A stretch of 64,000 nucleotides of DNA from Pseudogymnoascus verrucosus. Taxonomy: Eukaryota. Within the stretch, counting starts at the first letter, position 1, and the number at the start of each line of letters is the position of its first letter. The stretch lies in the NCBI GenBank assembly GCA_001662655.1, contig KV460267.1. One strand, 5' to 3'. Of the stretch, positions 49,516-62,764 are shown in pieces. The position numbers and the translations under genes are program-made. Under the pieces are notes generated by a model. It saw only the letters and a list, made by a program, of their open reading frames with translations. It had not been told where the DNA came from and made no database searches.

Positions 49516-50735
49516 ATCGACTGAAGAGGAGGAAAAGAGTCGTCGGGATGGTTTGCTGGTGATGAAGCTCAGGTTTCGAGAGAGAGGAGGGGTAGATGAG
49601 GAGGACGAGTAGCGCAGGGATGCAGCCCTTGGTAGGATCGGGAGAATGGTGCGGGCAGTGATAAACCCGAGACCGGTGCGGAGAGGGGCAGCAGCTCGCA
49701 AGGCTGAGGGGGGGAGGGAGGGAGCCACGGCGACCAACTGAGGAGGGTGAGACGGGTGATGAGGAGGGGTAACGCTGGCAGGACTGATGCTGGTAGTATT
49801 GGTGACACGGCGCGTATGACCAGAAACAGCAGGAGCACCAGGAGCAACTGCAGGAAGCCCTGGATAATCACAGAAGAAATAACTTTTGTGGCAGCCTCGC
49901 GGCCTGATACTGGTCGACCTCGGTCGTGATTGCCCAGCTTGTCGTCCAAGTGGTTGCAGCAATCGTGCGTGTGAAAGCCTCGCGGGTGTCCAAGTCCGTC
50001 GCGCAGCCATGGTGGGGTTCAGCATTGCCCAATTTTGACGGCCTCTGAGCCAATGAGATGCTGCCAATTCGTAAATGATAGATAAAAGCGACTGATTTAT
50101 CTCAATCGGGTACAGAGATGGCCTAAAATCGTACAAGAAATCCCACAACCAGTATATACACTCTGATAAAATATTGAGATGTTGAATCACGGACGGTTTT
50201 TGATGGTATTTTTTGGTGTGGAGGTGGAGGGTTTATGGGGATTAATGAAGGGAATAAAAAATGGGTGAGTCAACGGAAAAATCCATTTTTTGTGCGTGGC
50301 CTTTTCCTCTCAACAGGCATATTACTGACTGTCACAAATTACTGATATCCCCCACTTCCTCCCGCTCATCCCCGCCTATCCTCTGCCTCACACGGCGCTA
50401 TGCCCCTCAATACCAAGGCACCAAGTAACGTGACTGGCTTGACAGAGTATAGCTGCGGTTTTATCCAGTGTTTGTTCCCTGTCAAAATAATGCACATCAC
50501 GTGACTGAACAGTCTCACGATTTGCACAAAATCTTTGCCCTCTCAATACATCCAAGCGAGGGTTGCTGCATTTAACCTAAATATCCACACGTGACTTGCT
50601 ACTATTAAGATACGAGACTCTTCGTAGGCCCGCCTAGCCGCGACAATAGCGGCTGTCCCAAAAAGAATATCAGTGGAGGGGTAGTGCAGAGGCAAGGGAT
50701 CGTAGCGGGGTCAGGATGCCACATGGATACACTGA

Positions 50736-50960
50736 TGGCACACAATGCACGTCCCCTTACGGTTGCATCTTCCGGCTTTACTACCATTGGCACATCGTCC
50801 CGAGAGGTCTTCGACGGCTCCATCTCCCACCGTCAAATCCGTGGCACATTGTCCTGAGAGATTCAACGGCTGCATCTCCCCTGGCACATGGTCCCGAGAG
50901 ATTCAAACGGCTGCATCTCCTACCTTCACATCATTGCCACGCTGTCCCGAGATATATTTC
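50736..50960 (+). repeat. Degenerate ~40-55 bp tandem repeat (3 good and 2 weak copies)
   Basis: Unit TGGCACATNGTCCYGAGAG...ACGGCTSCATCTCC at 50788, ~50842 and ~50882. Confidence 0.75.
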
Positions 50961-51114
50961 ACGCAGAAACTCTCCCACACAAAATTTAGAACAGCCTTCA
51001 TGTCTAGCTGAGGAATCCTAAACACAGTGTAGCCCCAAGCACTTATTAAACGCCCGCAGATGCAACCCTACTCTCTCCAACCCAGGCCCACCCATGTCAT
51101 TCATTCCCAACCCT

Positions 51115-52361
51115 TCAAGCACCAATCTGCTGCTTCTGCTGCCTCTCAACCTCGTACGTGAAGTCAAAGTAGGCCTTGTCAAACTGGTGCACACGCACGT
51201 ATCCGTCCTCACCGCCCGACGCATAACCCTTTCCGTTGGGGTCGACAGCGACCGTGTTGAGCGGGCCGAAGTGGCCACGCACGCGGCCAATCTCCTCCTC
51301 GAACACCTTGTGGTAGAAGCGAGCCTCAAATTTACCTTGGCGAGTCGAGGTGGTGGTGACATCCATAGCGGCCTGGCCGCCACCGAGGATGACGAAGTCT
51401 TTCTTAGGGGTGATGGAGGCGGAGTTAAGGGGGGTATCGGCGACGAAGGTCTTCATGACTTGGAGGTTGGTGGCATCGACGATCTGGTAATGTGAGTAGG
51501 GGAGTGATGGGGAGGCGAGCATGCTTTCGTACCTTGGCAGTCTTGTCTTTCGAGGCGGTGATGAAGTATGTCCGGTCAGGGGCCCACTGCAGATCGGTGA
51601 CAGGTGAATCCGGCTCGTGCACCTGCACATTGTCCAGTTGTTCGCCAGTCTATCTCAAGGTTAGAATTTTCCCATAGCACTGAATACGGGTTGACTCGCC
51701 TTAGCATCATATTGCGAAACGGTTCCGTCCTCGTGTCCTGCGATGATGTACTTTGACAGGAAACTCCATCCGGCAACCGTAGCCTTGCTTTCCTCACATG
51801 TGATGGTCATCGCCTTCTCGTCGCGCTGCTCCGCGTTAACATCCAGGTTGATATCCATGACGACGATCGTGCCCAGGAAACCCATGCGCATCTCGGTGAC
51901 GGCGAGTAATTGCGATCCATCCTCGGAGAACTCCACACGCTTGACGGCAGTGTTGAAGTCCCAGGTCTTCAAGCACTTGCCGGTCTTGACATCCCATAGC
52001 CTGACGGTGTTATCGGCTGCGCCAGAGGCGAGAAGAGTGCTGGTGGGGTCGACATCGATGGTCCAAAGGGCTCCCTGGTGGCCGTGATAGGTGCCGAGGC
52101 GCTCGCCGTTGTGTGCGTACCACGCACAGATGTGCTGATCCTTGGCGGTCGAGAAGATGATATCGCCGTCGCGGTTATATCTGGAAAGCAGTCAGCAAAG
52201 CTCAGAGTGTGGCGTATCGCATTGTCGGCGCTGGTAGTCGCGGGGGGGGGGCATACTTGATTTGGGTGAGCGCACGCTCCTGTATTCTTGTTAGCAGCTG
52301 GCTCCAGGTGAAACAGCGAGGCGATGCAACTTACGTGTCCTTGAAGAAGAATAGGTCTCAT
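51115..52361 (-). CDS. TIF34: Translation initiation factor eIF3 subunit i (WD40), multi-exon
   Basis: [77 protein letters not shown]. Confidence 0.96.
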
Positions 52362-53067
52362 GTTGGGCGCTGATGGAGGACGTATGGAAGTTGTTGTCGA
52401 GAATAGCGGTTCTCCAAGCAGTTCTTAAGGTCGCCTTCCAAAAGTTCGCGGATGGCCTGTGTGTTGCCTTGTCGTGAATCACGAATTGTGCGCTGGTGGG
52501 GTAGCCAATCAGAACAGAGTGGACGAGTCTGGCTATCATTTTTTGAGTTTGCGCTTGTTGGAAAGGCTGCACGTGAGTCACTAGCTGAGTCATCTTGACA
52601 TAAAATGAACTCATCCACGTGACTCATGTGACTAGTTCCAAAGGCATCTTAGCGTGGGGGCTCAATCTTATCTGATCCGATACCCATACTAGTGTATCTT
52701 GGCAACCGTAGTTACAGCACCCACTGTTTCTCTGTTCCTGCCAAGGCATCCCCACAGGGTCTCACTTTTCGTTTTCTCATCTATGTATTCTCCGTGATTT
52801 GAGTGGGAAGTATTCATAGAGGAAGGAGTAAGAAATGTGAAAACTTGTAATGATTCGCATGCTATTCGCATATCAATTCAGACTACATCACCGAAACAGG
52901 TTTTGAAATAGGACGCGTCTTCATATTCTAGAGGCTTGCCCCACATTTCCGTCATCTAGGCCGAAGTCCGCTGAATCCCCAGCAAACGCCGAGAATTGGC
53001 CGCGCCGCCTTAAATATTCCTTCCAAAATGAAGTCAACCCTCACTGCACCCATTGCAACCCAGAATC

Positions 53068-54584
53068 ATGGCATCCCGCAGCCACTTGACGTCGGTGGTG
53101 AGAGAGCTCGGACTTTTGTCGATATGGAACTCGCCCCTCGATGTTAAGCTGCTATGTATCCAACGGTTCGTCAGGCTGTTCGCCTATGGCGCAACGACGC
53201 TGGTCCTTGTGCTGTACCTATCGGAATTGGGCATCTCAGATCAGCAGATTGGAGTTTTCATGACTCTGACACTTTTCGGGGATGTTTTTATTAGCCTCTT
53301 CCTCACCATGTTTGCCGACAGGATAGGACGGAAGGATGTCCTCGCCCTAGGGGCCGTAATGATGACTGGAAGTGGTATTGCCTTTGGTCTCAGCGGTAAC
53401 TACTGGGTGCTTCTCGCGGCTGCTATATTTGGAGTCATCAGCCCAAGGTAAATCTCTCGTCGCATCGTTAATAGCCATTGCTGATAAAACGCTAGTGGAA
53501 AAGAGGTTGGCCCATTCCGTGCGATTGAAGAGTCAACCCTTGCGCACCTGACAGAGAAAGAAGTACGAGCGGATATTTTCGCTTGGTACACTCTAATTGG
53601 GGCTGGGGGCTATGCATTCGGGCTACTTGTCTGCGGATGGATGGTAGAGGTACTAAAAGCACTAGACGGGTGGGATGATATCCGCGCGTACAGAATCGTT
53701 TTCTTCTCATACTCCGTGTTTGGGGCAATGAAGCTTTTACTTATTCTTGCTCTGAGCAAGGATTGTGAGGCCAAGCCTGAGCCACCTCAGGAGCGGCCCC
53801 ACGAAGAAGCACCTCTGTTGGGTCCCGCAGAACCAAACAAGCCCCGTCGATCGTTCTTTGGGGCCTTCTCTCACATCAGCCACGAAAGCTTGGCTGTACT
53901 GTTGCAGTTGTGTCTCCTGTTCGGGCTTGACTCCTTTGCGAGTGGTTTGATTCCGCTGTAAGTATCAACACTGCTATTGGGGGTTATTTCTGACATCATG
54001 TGTAGCTCGTGGGTCACGGTCTTTTTCCAGAGGAAGTTTGGCATCACAGATGGCTTCCTTGGGACTATATTCTTTACCACGAACATTATCGCAGCCCTTT
54101 CGACCCTAGTCGCGGCTTCTCTTGCAAGGAGAATTGGCAATGTCAAGGTAAGCCTCGGTTTCCAAACACACGTCCTATGGCTGACACGGCACAACATTAG
54201 ACCATGGTATTCACTCACCTCCCTTCGGCTGTATTTGTCGCCTTCATCGCAATTCCCTCCCAGATGCCTCTTGCTCTGACCTTCCTTATCCTACGCTCCT
54301 GCACCCAATCTATGGATGTGGCGCCTCGGTCCGCCTTTCTCGCTGCCATTATCCTCCCAAACGAGCGTACGGCAATAATGGGAATTCTAAATGTTGTTAA
54401 GACGTTCACGTCCGGGCTTGGCCCCGGACTCACAGGAGTGCTCTTTGATCATGATCTAGCATGGACCGTATTTGTAGCGGCTGGATCTCTAAAGGTGATT
54501 TATGATTTGGGTATGTTGGCAGTCTTCAAGGGTCATGAAAGTCGGGAAGACAAGCCGGTCAGGCCAGCCGACGAGGAGACATAG
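53068..54584 (+). CDS. MFS transporter (uncharacterised family), multi-exon
   Basis: QRFVRLFAYG, ADRIGRK, GVISP|SGKEVGPFRAIEES, LDSFASG, MVFTHLPS, SMDVAPRSAF, ERTAIMG. Confidence 0.88.
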
Positions 54585-54679
54585 TGTTTAAGGGAGTGGT
54601 GGTAGATGGAGGTTATCTCGCGACTATTTTTTGTGCAATTTGTATGTATCATCCACGCTGTATCTAGATTGCCTTATTA

Positions 54680-55283
54680 TCAACGTTGTATTACAAGCTC
54701 CCCTTCACCAACCGGCTCTTCGAACCCACTGACATACCGATCAAAAATTTCCGGTGTCATTTTGAACGCCGAGTCTGCGTCCAATCCTGCCGCAGCTCGC
54801 TCTTTAATCCTTCGCCTCAGCTCTGAGACATCAGTCTTGAGGTATACGATAACCACCTGGGCTCCACCTGCCTCCACGATTGTCCTATATTCATCACGGG
54901 ACGCGCGAAAGGCAAAGGATAGGTCCACTACAACATCATTCTTGCCGCCCTGAAGAATCTCCTGTAGTCGCACCTTCAGTGCTTCGTTGGCTTCATCTTG
55001 GTATCGGCTATACTTCGATGCAGGGTAGTCTCTGTCATAGGCGCCGTACTTGTCGTAGATGTAACCGTCGATGGAGAGGCGGATGAATGATGGAAACTTG
55101 GCAACTATTGCCTTTGCAAGCGTTGATTTTCCAGAACCTGATGATCGTCAACAAGCAATTCCTCTTGGAGGGCCAGAGACAACCAGAAATACCGCACGTC
55201 ATAACCACAACGCGGCGCGAATCTAGCGGTCGGAGTGCCGCCTCCAATTCAGTGGGCACCTGGGATCTTATTTCGGACATCAT
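54680..55283 (-). CDS. Small P-loop nucleotide-binding protein (AAA_33, kinase-like), 2 exons
   Basis: VVVMTCGISG|SGKSTLAK Walker A across an intron, RLSID, DVVVDLSF, YVSGFEEP..EGE. Confidence 0.85.
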
Positions 55284-58200
55284 GCGATTTGTTTTTAGAT
55301 AAATTCTGATGACTGTTTGTTAATAAATATATAGAACCATGGTTGAGTCATAGCAGAAGAACGTCTGTGTTTACATGTAACTCTGAGTCTTAATTTAGCG
55401 TAATGCAGGGAGGCCATGGTGCGGTTATGGAACAAGGTGGCCGCAAAGTTTAACAAGAACAGATGTTGGATTTTTTGCATCGAACTATTAATTGGCAGAT
55501 TTGAAGGTTTTGTCCTACGGAGCATGATCAGATGAAAGGGCACTGTATATCGATGCATCGATTACTGGAAGTTTTTGCACTTGACACCCCTAACATACTA
55601 AACAGCGCTGGACCCCGAAAGAATAACTGAAGGGTATGGCCGGTGTTGAAAAGAGGCGATCAATGAGAGAGAAGGTCGTGGGAGGCTGTGGTTCATCTAA
55701 TGCTGAAGACGAATGTGCGAGTGCGTGATTTATCACTTGAAGAACCCAGAACAAATACCATGGCGCATTGCCTATTACGGAAAGCCGGAACACTAAAGTC
55801 AGCAAAATAATCAGCGCAGATTGGCTTGTAAATGTTTTATCTGCGTTCTCAGAATGAAACTAGCCAAAATCAATATAAAAACGAACAGGGCTCAATAAGG
55901 GTCCACCGAGTCGTCCTTCCTGAGTTCGTATCGCCAATACAAAAGAGAATCAAGTGCACGAACCTCGTCCCCTGAGTCATGTAAAGTGACACTACATAGC
56001 TCTCATGATATAGTATTCAAGGGTCTTAGTATTCAAACATCCACCTCTCAAAAGTATTGGGCAAGTTCTCATGACTCGCTCCCGTCTCTGTATGTCAGAT
56101 CTCCAACATCGTCACCGCACATCAGGCATCAAGCAAGACCGTTCCTATGCTTCTTCAGGACGCCGTTGACGTCGAGTCGCTTCCAACGGAGCGCTGTATC
56201 GAGTCACATGGGCCGCATTTCCGCCGATAATATGGTTTGTAATGGCACATCATGCAAGCCGTCAATCTCACTACCGCCACGGCGACCATCAAATGCGTGA
56301 TTTATCGGCTAGTCACTGCCTTGCCGTCATGCTGTGCTCCGAGGGGTTCTGGGTTAAGGTGAGATCTCTTGGGAGATACGAGGAGATGGGGCGGAGCGTT
56401 GGCAGGTGGTGCTGGCGGTTGGTTTTGGGGGGGTTGGGATGAAGCGAGGCGAAGCACTAGGTTATCGTCTCGACGAGGGACGGCTGGTCGGTGTAACATT
56501 CACTAACGGAACGTCTTGTCAGAGCATGGGATCATCCTTCGTTATCCGAGTCATCCTAAGCCGCTCAGAGAGGAGAGGCAGTCGAGAGTCAGGTATTGCT
56601 GTCGGCCTGAAGGAAGGTTGGATTAAGGTTCTTGCGACACAATAATCGCGACCAATGGAATGGAACAGACGGCCTTGTGAGAGGGGCCACGAGACTCAAA
56701 CTGTGACATGTCATATCTTCAGTAAGGGGCGCCGACAGGGCGACAGAAGGCGCCTGCAACAATGGGCATCCCAGTCAAACGCATCGTCCGTGTACCCAAG
56801 TCTTCGTGGAATCGGAGAGTATGCCGCATTAGATTCTGATGGTTTTTCGTGGGAGTTGTTGTTAGACATCATAAACTGATGGAATTCGGGCGGCCTGAAC
56901 TCAGACCTCGGTAGCTGAACCGAGAATGGGGCGCAATAAGCACAGTGGACTGTGGAGCTTGCAGTCCACGGTGCATGTTGATCCTTGGCATGCACGACCC
57001 TGACAGCTTCACTGTGAGAGGTCTATGTATTTTGCAACATTGGCGCGGGGATTGTTCACACTCATCGACAGGCTGTGATCTGCGGTGGTAACGACAGTGG
57101 CTTAGACCGAAGCTGCTATAGACAGGGATATAGCCCCATGGGATTGATAAACCTGTGGCGTCCCGAGTCAACCAGTACTTCCTCGACGTCCTATAAAGCA
57201 TACCATGAGTTGCAAAGTTGAGAATCCAACGCTAACGGAGATTGTTAGCACTAGAAAAGTGCCAAGGCTGCATGATGATAAAAATGCCGCTTGGTGAGAT
57301 ACGTTGACGAGATACGTTGCTAGGCGCCCGGGTGATCAAGTTTGAAAGTGAGAAAATTTAAGGGTTGGCGTCTCGACAACAGCTAGCCCCCCACTATCCA
57401 AAATAATTAATGGTTGGAAGCGGAGAAATGGGAGAGAGAAACTGAAGCAGCAGCCGGTATATCCGGCTTGGGCCATACTATATAAGTGTAGCCTCCTAGT
57501 CACTAAAATGCTCTTGATATGGGTCACAGTCAGATTTGTTTCGAATACTGCCAGCATCGTCCTCCTTTTATCGGCGTCTCAAACTAGGCCAAACTTTCTA
57601 CTCATCTCAGGTTGTACAACGTGCACAGCTATGGATGCCAACCATAATTGCGTGGGAGGGGTGGTTTATGATACCTGCCCAGAATGTGGTTCACAGCCCC
57701 GGACGTAAGTCCAAGCATCCCTCCAAGTATTGTGGCTGGCGTTGTTGGCTTCATTCAGAGAAACCCACGTATCCATTCGGAGCTGACACATTCACAGCGT
57801 CAGGGGATGCAATCACTGCAATGGAACAGGCTCAATTTCAAGAGACTGCCAGATTTGTCTTCTTAGGGCGAGGACAACAAGTGGGCGAGTAAACGTCGGC
57901 AACACCACAATCAATACATATTGAAGATTGAATAAATCTTTCGGAGGAGAACTTTGACAGATGCGGCCATTGGATTTGAATCTCGCTTTTTTGAGTTCCA
58001 CAAGATCTTTTGCCCGCGAACGGCGGCGGTTTTGATGCATGTTACTATCGTTACTAGACACTGGTACTAGATGGAGGAACTCTAGGATTGCCAGCGCGCA
58101 AGCCGTTCAAGCGGAGGATATGTTGTTTTACTGTACAGAGCCAAAGACTTTAGGTCGTTGATTTCACATGCACTGTCCTGAATCGAATCCAAACTTATTT

Positions 58201-59877
58201 TCTGGACGAACATGTCGATTGATACTCGCCTGTGAAGCTGTGTTGGCGGCATCCCGCCACGATCCGAGAGGAGGCCCACCCAAAGGAATATCTCCGTGTC
58301 CACTTGCCCTCGGAAAACAAGTCAACAATCACTCAGTCATCCACACTGGTGGTCAGTGACCACTCAGCATCATTCTAAGCCTCCTACGTGGCCGTCATAT
58401 ATTTCAAGAAAAGGATAACCCTTTCCGGCAACCCGACCCAGCTCCCCCCCCCTCCCCAACAACTTATCCCGCAGGAGCAACGCTCACACATCCGCTACGA
58501 CCATTCAAGTAATGCGACGGGACTCACCAAAGCCGAGATCAACGTGGGGAGGTGGTCTGAGCTGCCAAGGTAGGCTTGACGGGGATCTGGGCAGGTGGCA
58601 TGAGCGAATATGCGTAATGCAGTGTTGTTGTTGGTGCTTGATAGAGATGGCCAACGCCATGCAATGCACGCTCGGCTGCTTACCAGTAGTTTCGCCAGCC
58701 CTCAGTTTTGCGACGTGGTGCTGGTATGGGTAAACGGCTCGCTCGCGGAGGAAAGGGTCAAAGTAGGGACAGGATGAGACCAAGTCATGGAGCCACAATA
58801 TCTGACTGACTCGTGGGAGCGTTGGGTAGGCATGCACTGCACACAGAGGCGGTGAGACGTCACAAAGGTTCCCTGTTATCTTCTGGAAGGAGGTCGTGCT
58901 CGTCTTCAATTCCCGCCTTCACACTATCCTCTTTTTGGGTTGAGTGCTTTACGGCGAATGATGTGCTTCATATAAACGCCTGGGTTTCTAGGATATGTTT
59001 CACTAGGAAGGAACTCTCCAGATATAAGGGGGGTGGGAGTGTCTGATGCGGTTGAGCCTCCCCAAACTGGCCTATTTCCTGTCTGATGCCTTGATTGTAA
59101 CGCCATTACGCACAGCTCGAGGCGAATGAAAGCTGATGCTAAACGAATGTTACCTTGTTGCCATGCCCAAGCTCGACACTTGGACCAAGAGAATTTACGT
59201 GGCTGAATGTATGTGGCTGAAATAATTGCATTGATCTCTCCTAATGATACGAGTGTCAAAGGCAATATCAGAAAGATCCAATATCACAAAGAAAGAGTCT
59301 CATAACCAAAAGAGTCTTAATTCCCAAATTTATACTCCTAACCCCTCGCAGCAGAATATTATTATAGACGATCCAACTAAGCCCACCGTTTACCTCCGCC
59401 TTATTTGAGTTAGTTCCCCCCCCCGTGATATAAACCCGAAACCTTCTCAAGGGCTGCCCTAGCAACGCCACAAAGTCGTAGGCGAGATCACCGTCTGCTC
59501 TCATACTCCCCCTTTCCAAAATATGCTATATCCAAATACCACCACGCGCCTCATTTCATATATGCCTTCCCATATTTGGAATTCCACATACTCTGATTTG
59601 TCAAAAGAGCGATGGCGACACAGATGACGGCTTCGACTTCCCCTATCCAATTACTATCCAATTATGCGCAAATGTGAGTGGTGTCCATATAGAAGACGGT
59701 GTTGGCCCCTGGTGTTTAATACCGCTCATCTGACTTGACTGCTCAGGTAAATAAATCCATAGACCTTTGCCACGCGTTATCGGATACCAACACATCCAAT
59801 TCCACGTGGGGGTTCCAAATCCAAATCCAAAAAAGAAGCAGCCTTCGATATCCCGAGACTGGTACAAACGACAGCCT

Positions 59878-61503
59878 TCAAGAATCCCAAACTGGCCCAA
59901 ACGCAGGGACTCCGCGAGATTCCATGGCATACACAATCTGCTTCGTCACGCGAGGGTTGCTAATAACAAATACCGCCTCCGCGCCAGAATCAATATACAT
60001 CTGGTACGCCAATGCAGCCAGGTTCTGACGTCCTGACGACTCCGTATCAATTACCATGGCATTAGGATCGACCTTGGTAACCGCGTCACAGATATCCTTG
60101 CCGTAGTTAGCCCACGGGTTTGGCGCCGACCAGATCATGCGGCAGGTTCCTTGCTTCCCAATCCCAGCGAGGTACGAAAGGCATGGCCCAATTCCGGAAC
60201 CAGTGGTTACGATGACAGCGAGCCGGAAAGCCTGCGCCATATTCAGAACACCGGTGACGGGGACGCCCTTGACGTAATAGTATGGTCTCGGGTTGGCGAT
60301 ACAGTCCCGGGTCCAGTCTCCCCCACTAGAGATCAGGACCGAGCCGCCGTTGTCGTTGGCAATACAGGCGAAGGCGTGCCACTCAAGGAGTGGAGACTTC
60401 GACAGGCGGATACCACAGAATGGGGGCACTTTGTATCCTGTAAAGTGTAGTCGAATGGCACGGTTTGAGAATTTCTCTGGCTTTATCGCCAGCTTGCGAA
60501 GAAACAACCAGGGCCAGATGATAAAGGCGGTGGTTACAGCGAGAAGCCAAAAGGCGGGCTCGCGGATCAGGATCAGACCATAGGCTGGGGCGTCGGAGGT
60601 GTAGATCCGCTTGACCGCGACGGCATAGAGAAAGAGCTCGGCCCAGAAGAGGGCTAAAGCTGTCCAGCCAACAAGACGGTGGATGACCTCGAAGGTATTG
60701 TGGTAGGCCATGCGGAACATCGGCATAGCGGTCACGATGATCAATACGAGCAGGAATACAAGAATCCACGCCACTGCCAACATTGCTGGAAAACGCATGG
60801 CACCGTTTACCATGTCTTTGGTCAGGACGGCGCTGTAGGCGATGAACCAAACAGTAGAACAGAACGCGGCTCCGCTGTGCATTCCGCCAAATTCATACAC
60901 CTTGGCCAGCATCCTCCTGACGCGGAGCGGAGCCCAGTGAGGAATCATCCAACATGTCTTGAATATGAAGTTGATGACATACTCCTGGCGCATCAGGATG
61001 GCGACCAGGATATTACTCGCTGCTGCGGTAGCGAGGGAGGACAACAGTTGAGGCTTGCTCAGATCCACCATAGTGAGGATGCACACAAACGCAATGGCGT
61101 TCAGAATGGTTACAACAGAGAACAGGCGTTGGTACACTGCCATGTATGTGTGTCTGAAGTTGCGAACGATGGGGTGCTGGCACTTTTCTGGCAGCCGATG
61201 AAGAGCTTTGGGCACTGGGGTAGAAACCGCAGTGCAGGCTTGAGACGACTCGGCGACGGAAGCGTCACCAGCGGTCGACTCAGGCATATGAAGTGTTGTT
61301 ACGCTGCCGACGTTGAATTCTTCGTCACCTTGACCTGGAGTGGCAAAACTGTGGTGCTGGGTAGCACTGATCTTGGGTGATGGGCCCGACATAGCCTTCT
61401 GTTGGAGCTGCGAGGAGCTTGTATCGATCTGTGGAAGAGGTATGCCAGCTTCACTGTCGCTTGGCTGAGTCTGTCGTGGCAGACGAAGAGGAAAGTTGTC
61501 CAT
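59878..61503 (-). CDS. TmpA-like integral membrane flavoprotein/oxidoreductase
   Basis: YQRLFS, LMRQE, KVYEFGGMHSGAA, YHNTFEVIHR..GW, EWHAFA, GGDWT, TTGSGIGP, ESRGVPAFGPVWDS. ATG at 61503. Confidence 0.85.
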   Translation of the reverse strand: MDNFPLRLPRQTQPSDSEAGIPLPQIDTSSSQLQQKAMSGPSPKISATQHHSFATPGQGDEEFNVGSVTTLHMPESTAGDASVAESSQACTAVSTPVPKALHRLPEKCQHPIVRNFRHTYMAVYQRLFSVVTILNAIAFVCILTMVDLSKPQLLSSLATAAASNILVAILMRQEYVINFIFKTCWMIPHWAPLRVRRMLAKVYEFGGMHSGAAFCSTVWFIAYSAVLTKDMVNGAMRFPAMLAVAWILVFLLVLIIVTAMPMFRMAYHNTFEVIHRLVGWTALALFWAELFLYAVAVKRIYTSDAPAYGLILIREPAFWLLAVTTAFIIWPWLFLRKLAIKPEKFSNRAIRLHFTGYKVPPFCGIRLSKSPLLEWHAFACIANDNGGSVLISSGGDWTRDCIANPRPYYYVKGVPVTGVLNMAQAFRLAVIVTTGSGIGPCLSYLAGIGKQGTCRMIWSAPNPWANYGKDICDAVTKVDPNAMVIDTESSGRQNLAALAYQMYIDSGAEAVFVISNPRVTKQIVYAMESRGVPAFGPVWDS

Positions 61504-62764
61504 ATTGAAGACGGACAAGGGTTTAATGAGTGTATTACCAAGGACCCAAAAAAGTTTGTGTAGAAAGAAGAGGGTGAAGTGGTTGTTATAATATATGGCA
61601 ATGAGAGATACAAAGGTTCCGGGAATGCGGGACGGGTGAATTACCCTTAGTGCGTCGACATGAATGGAACAAAGTGAATCGTTAGATTCAAAGAAATAGC
61701 ACGTATCAGGGCGTCTCAATCTTTGTGAGACTCATGCTTGAAACATCCCACACATGTTTACAGAGAATGTCTCAAGGGCATTCTTTTTCTACTCTTTTGT
61801 TCTAGCAGACTCAGACAGAGACACTGATGCCCGTTGGCCGTTCTCATCCGTTCTCATCCGTCGTTCCCTGCTGCATACCAGATCTCCCAATATTATGAGA
61901 CCACGAGGTAGGTAACCCTACGTACGTGGTGGCGTCTGCCGGCTGCCCCTTGCATGCCCGTCCCCGCACTTACCTGTGTATAGTTGCAAGTCTGCACTTG
62001 CCTTTGTATGATTCTGTGCTCAACTGCACTTTCCTCTATATGATTTGTGTCCTGGCCGCACTTTCCCTGGTAGAGCTACGACCCCAGACGCCCTTTCCAT
62101 CGACCGCTCCTCTGGATAGTTGTGTGCCGGCCTGCACTTACCTTTCTTGCATAGCTGATTTGCATAACTGATTTGTATATTTGATTTGAATTTGCGAACT
62201 GCAACATGGAGCTCTGTCTTTGTCGTGAGACAGTAGAAGTGAGATAGTCTTGTTTCTGTTTCGAGTACTAGTGGGATCGTAGCCGCCAAGATCGAGGCAA
62301 GCGCGGATACCCACGTGCTTTAGCTCCAACGCTCGATCCCCGCCAATGCTCTCAATATAGCTTAGCGCCGAGCGTGTACCGTTTACCGGTTAGCGTTTAC
62401 ATGGTTCCAGTCCAGCCTCTCTCTTACTCCACACACCCAGGAAAGAACAGAACCTCCTTTCCCTCAATTAACCACCCACCCCCACAGTTCCTCTTTGCCT
62501 TTGGAGATCGTCGTCTTCGTCGTCGCCTTCAATCTCCCTTCTTCCTCTTTGTCGTTAAATTTGTTGTTTATGTATTTACAAGGCTTCTTTTGTTGACCGC
62601 CGCTCTTTCTACTGTACATTCTTCTGCATTCTGCATGGCGCCTTGAGGTATTACTTTGTTTGTCCTTCTGTGCGACGATCCCTGGACCCTGGCTTGACCT
62701 TCTTTGATCGCGGTTCCCAGCTGGAGATACACTCTTGGCCACACATACACAACACAACCCCATT

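Noticed and set aside
50736..50960. CRISPR-like reading of the spaced repeat
   Set aside because: Eukaryotic context, degenerate units, no regular unique spacers, no cas genes.
55300..59800. Many short ORFs in a 4.5-kb gap
   Set aside because: No recognisable domain or consistent exon chain; decayed genes cannot be excluded.
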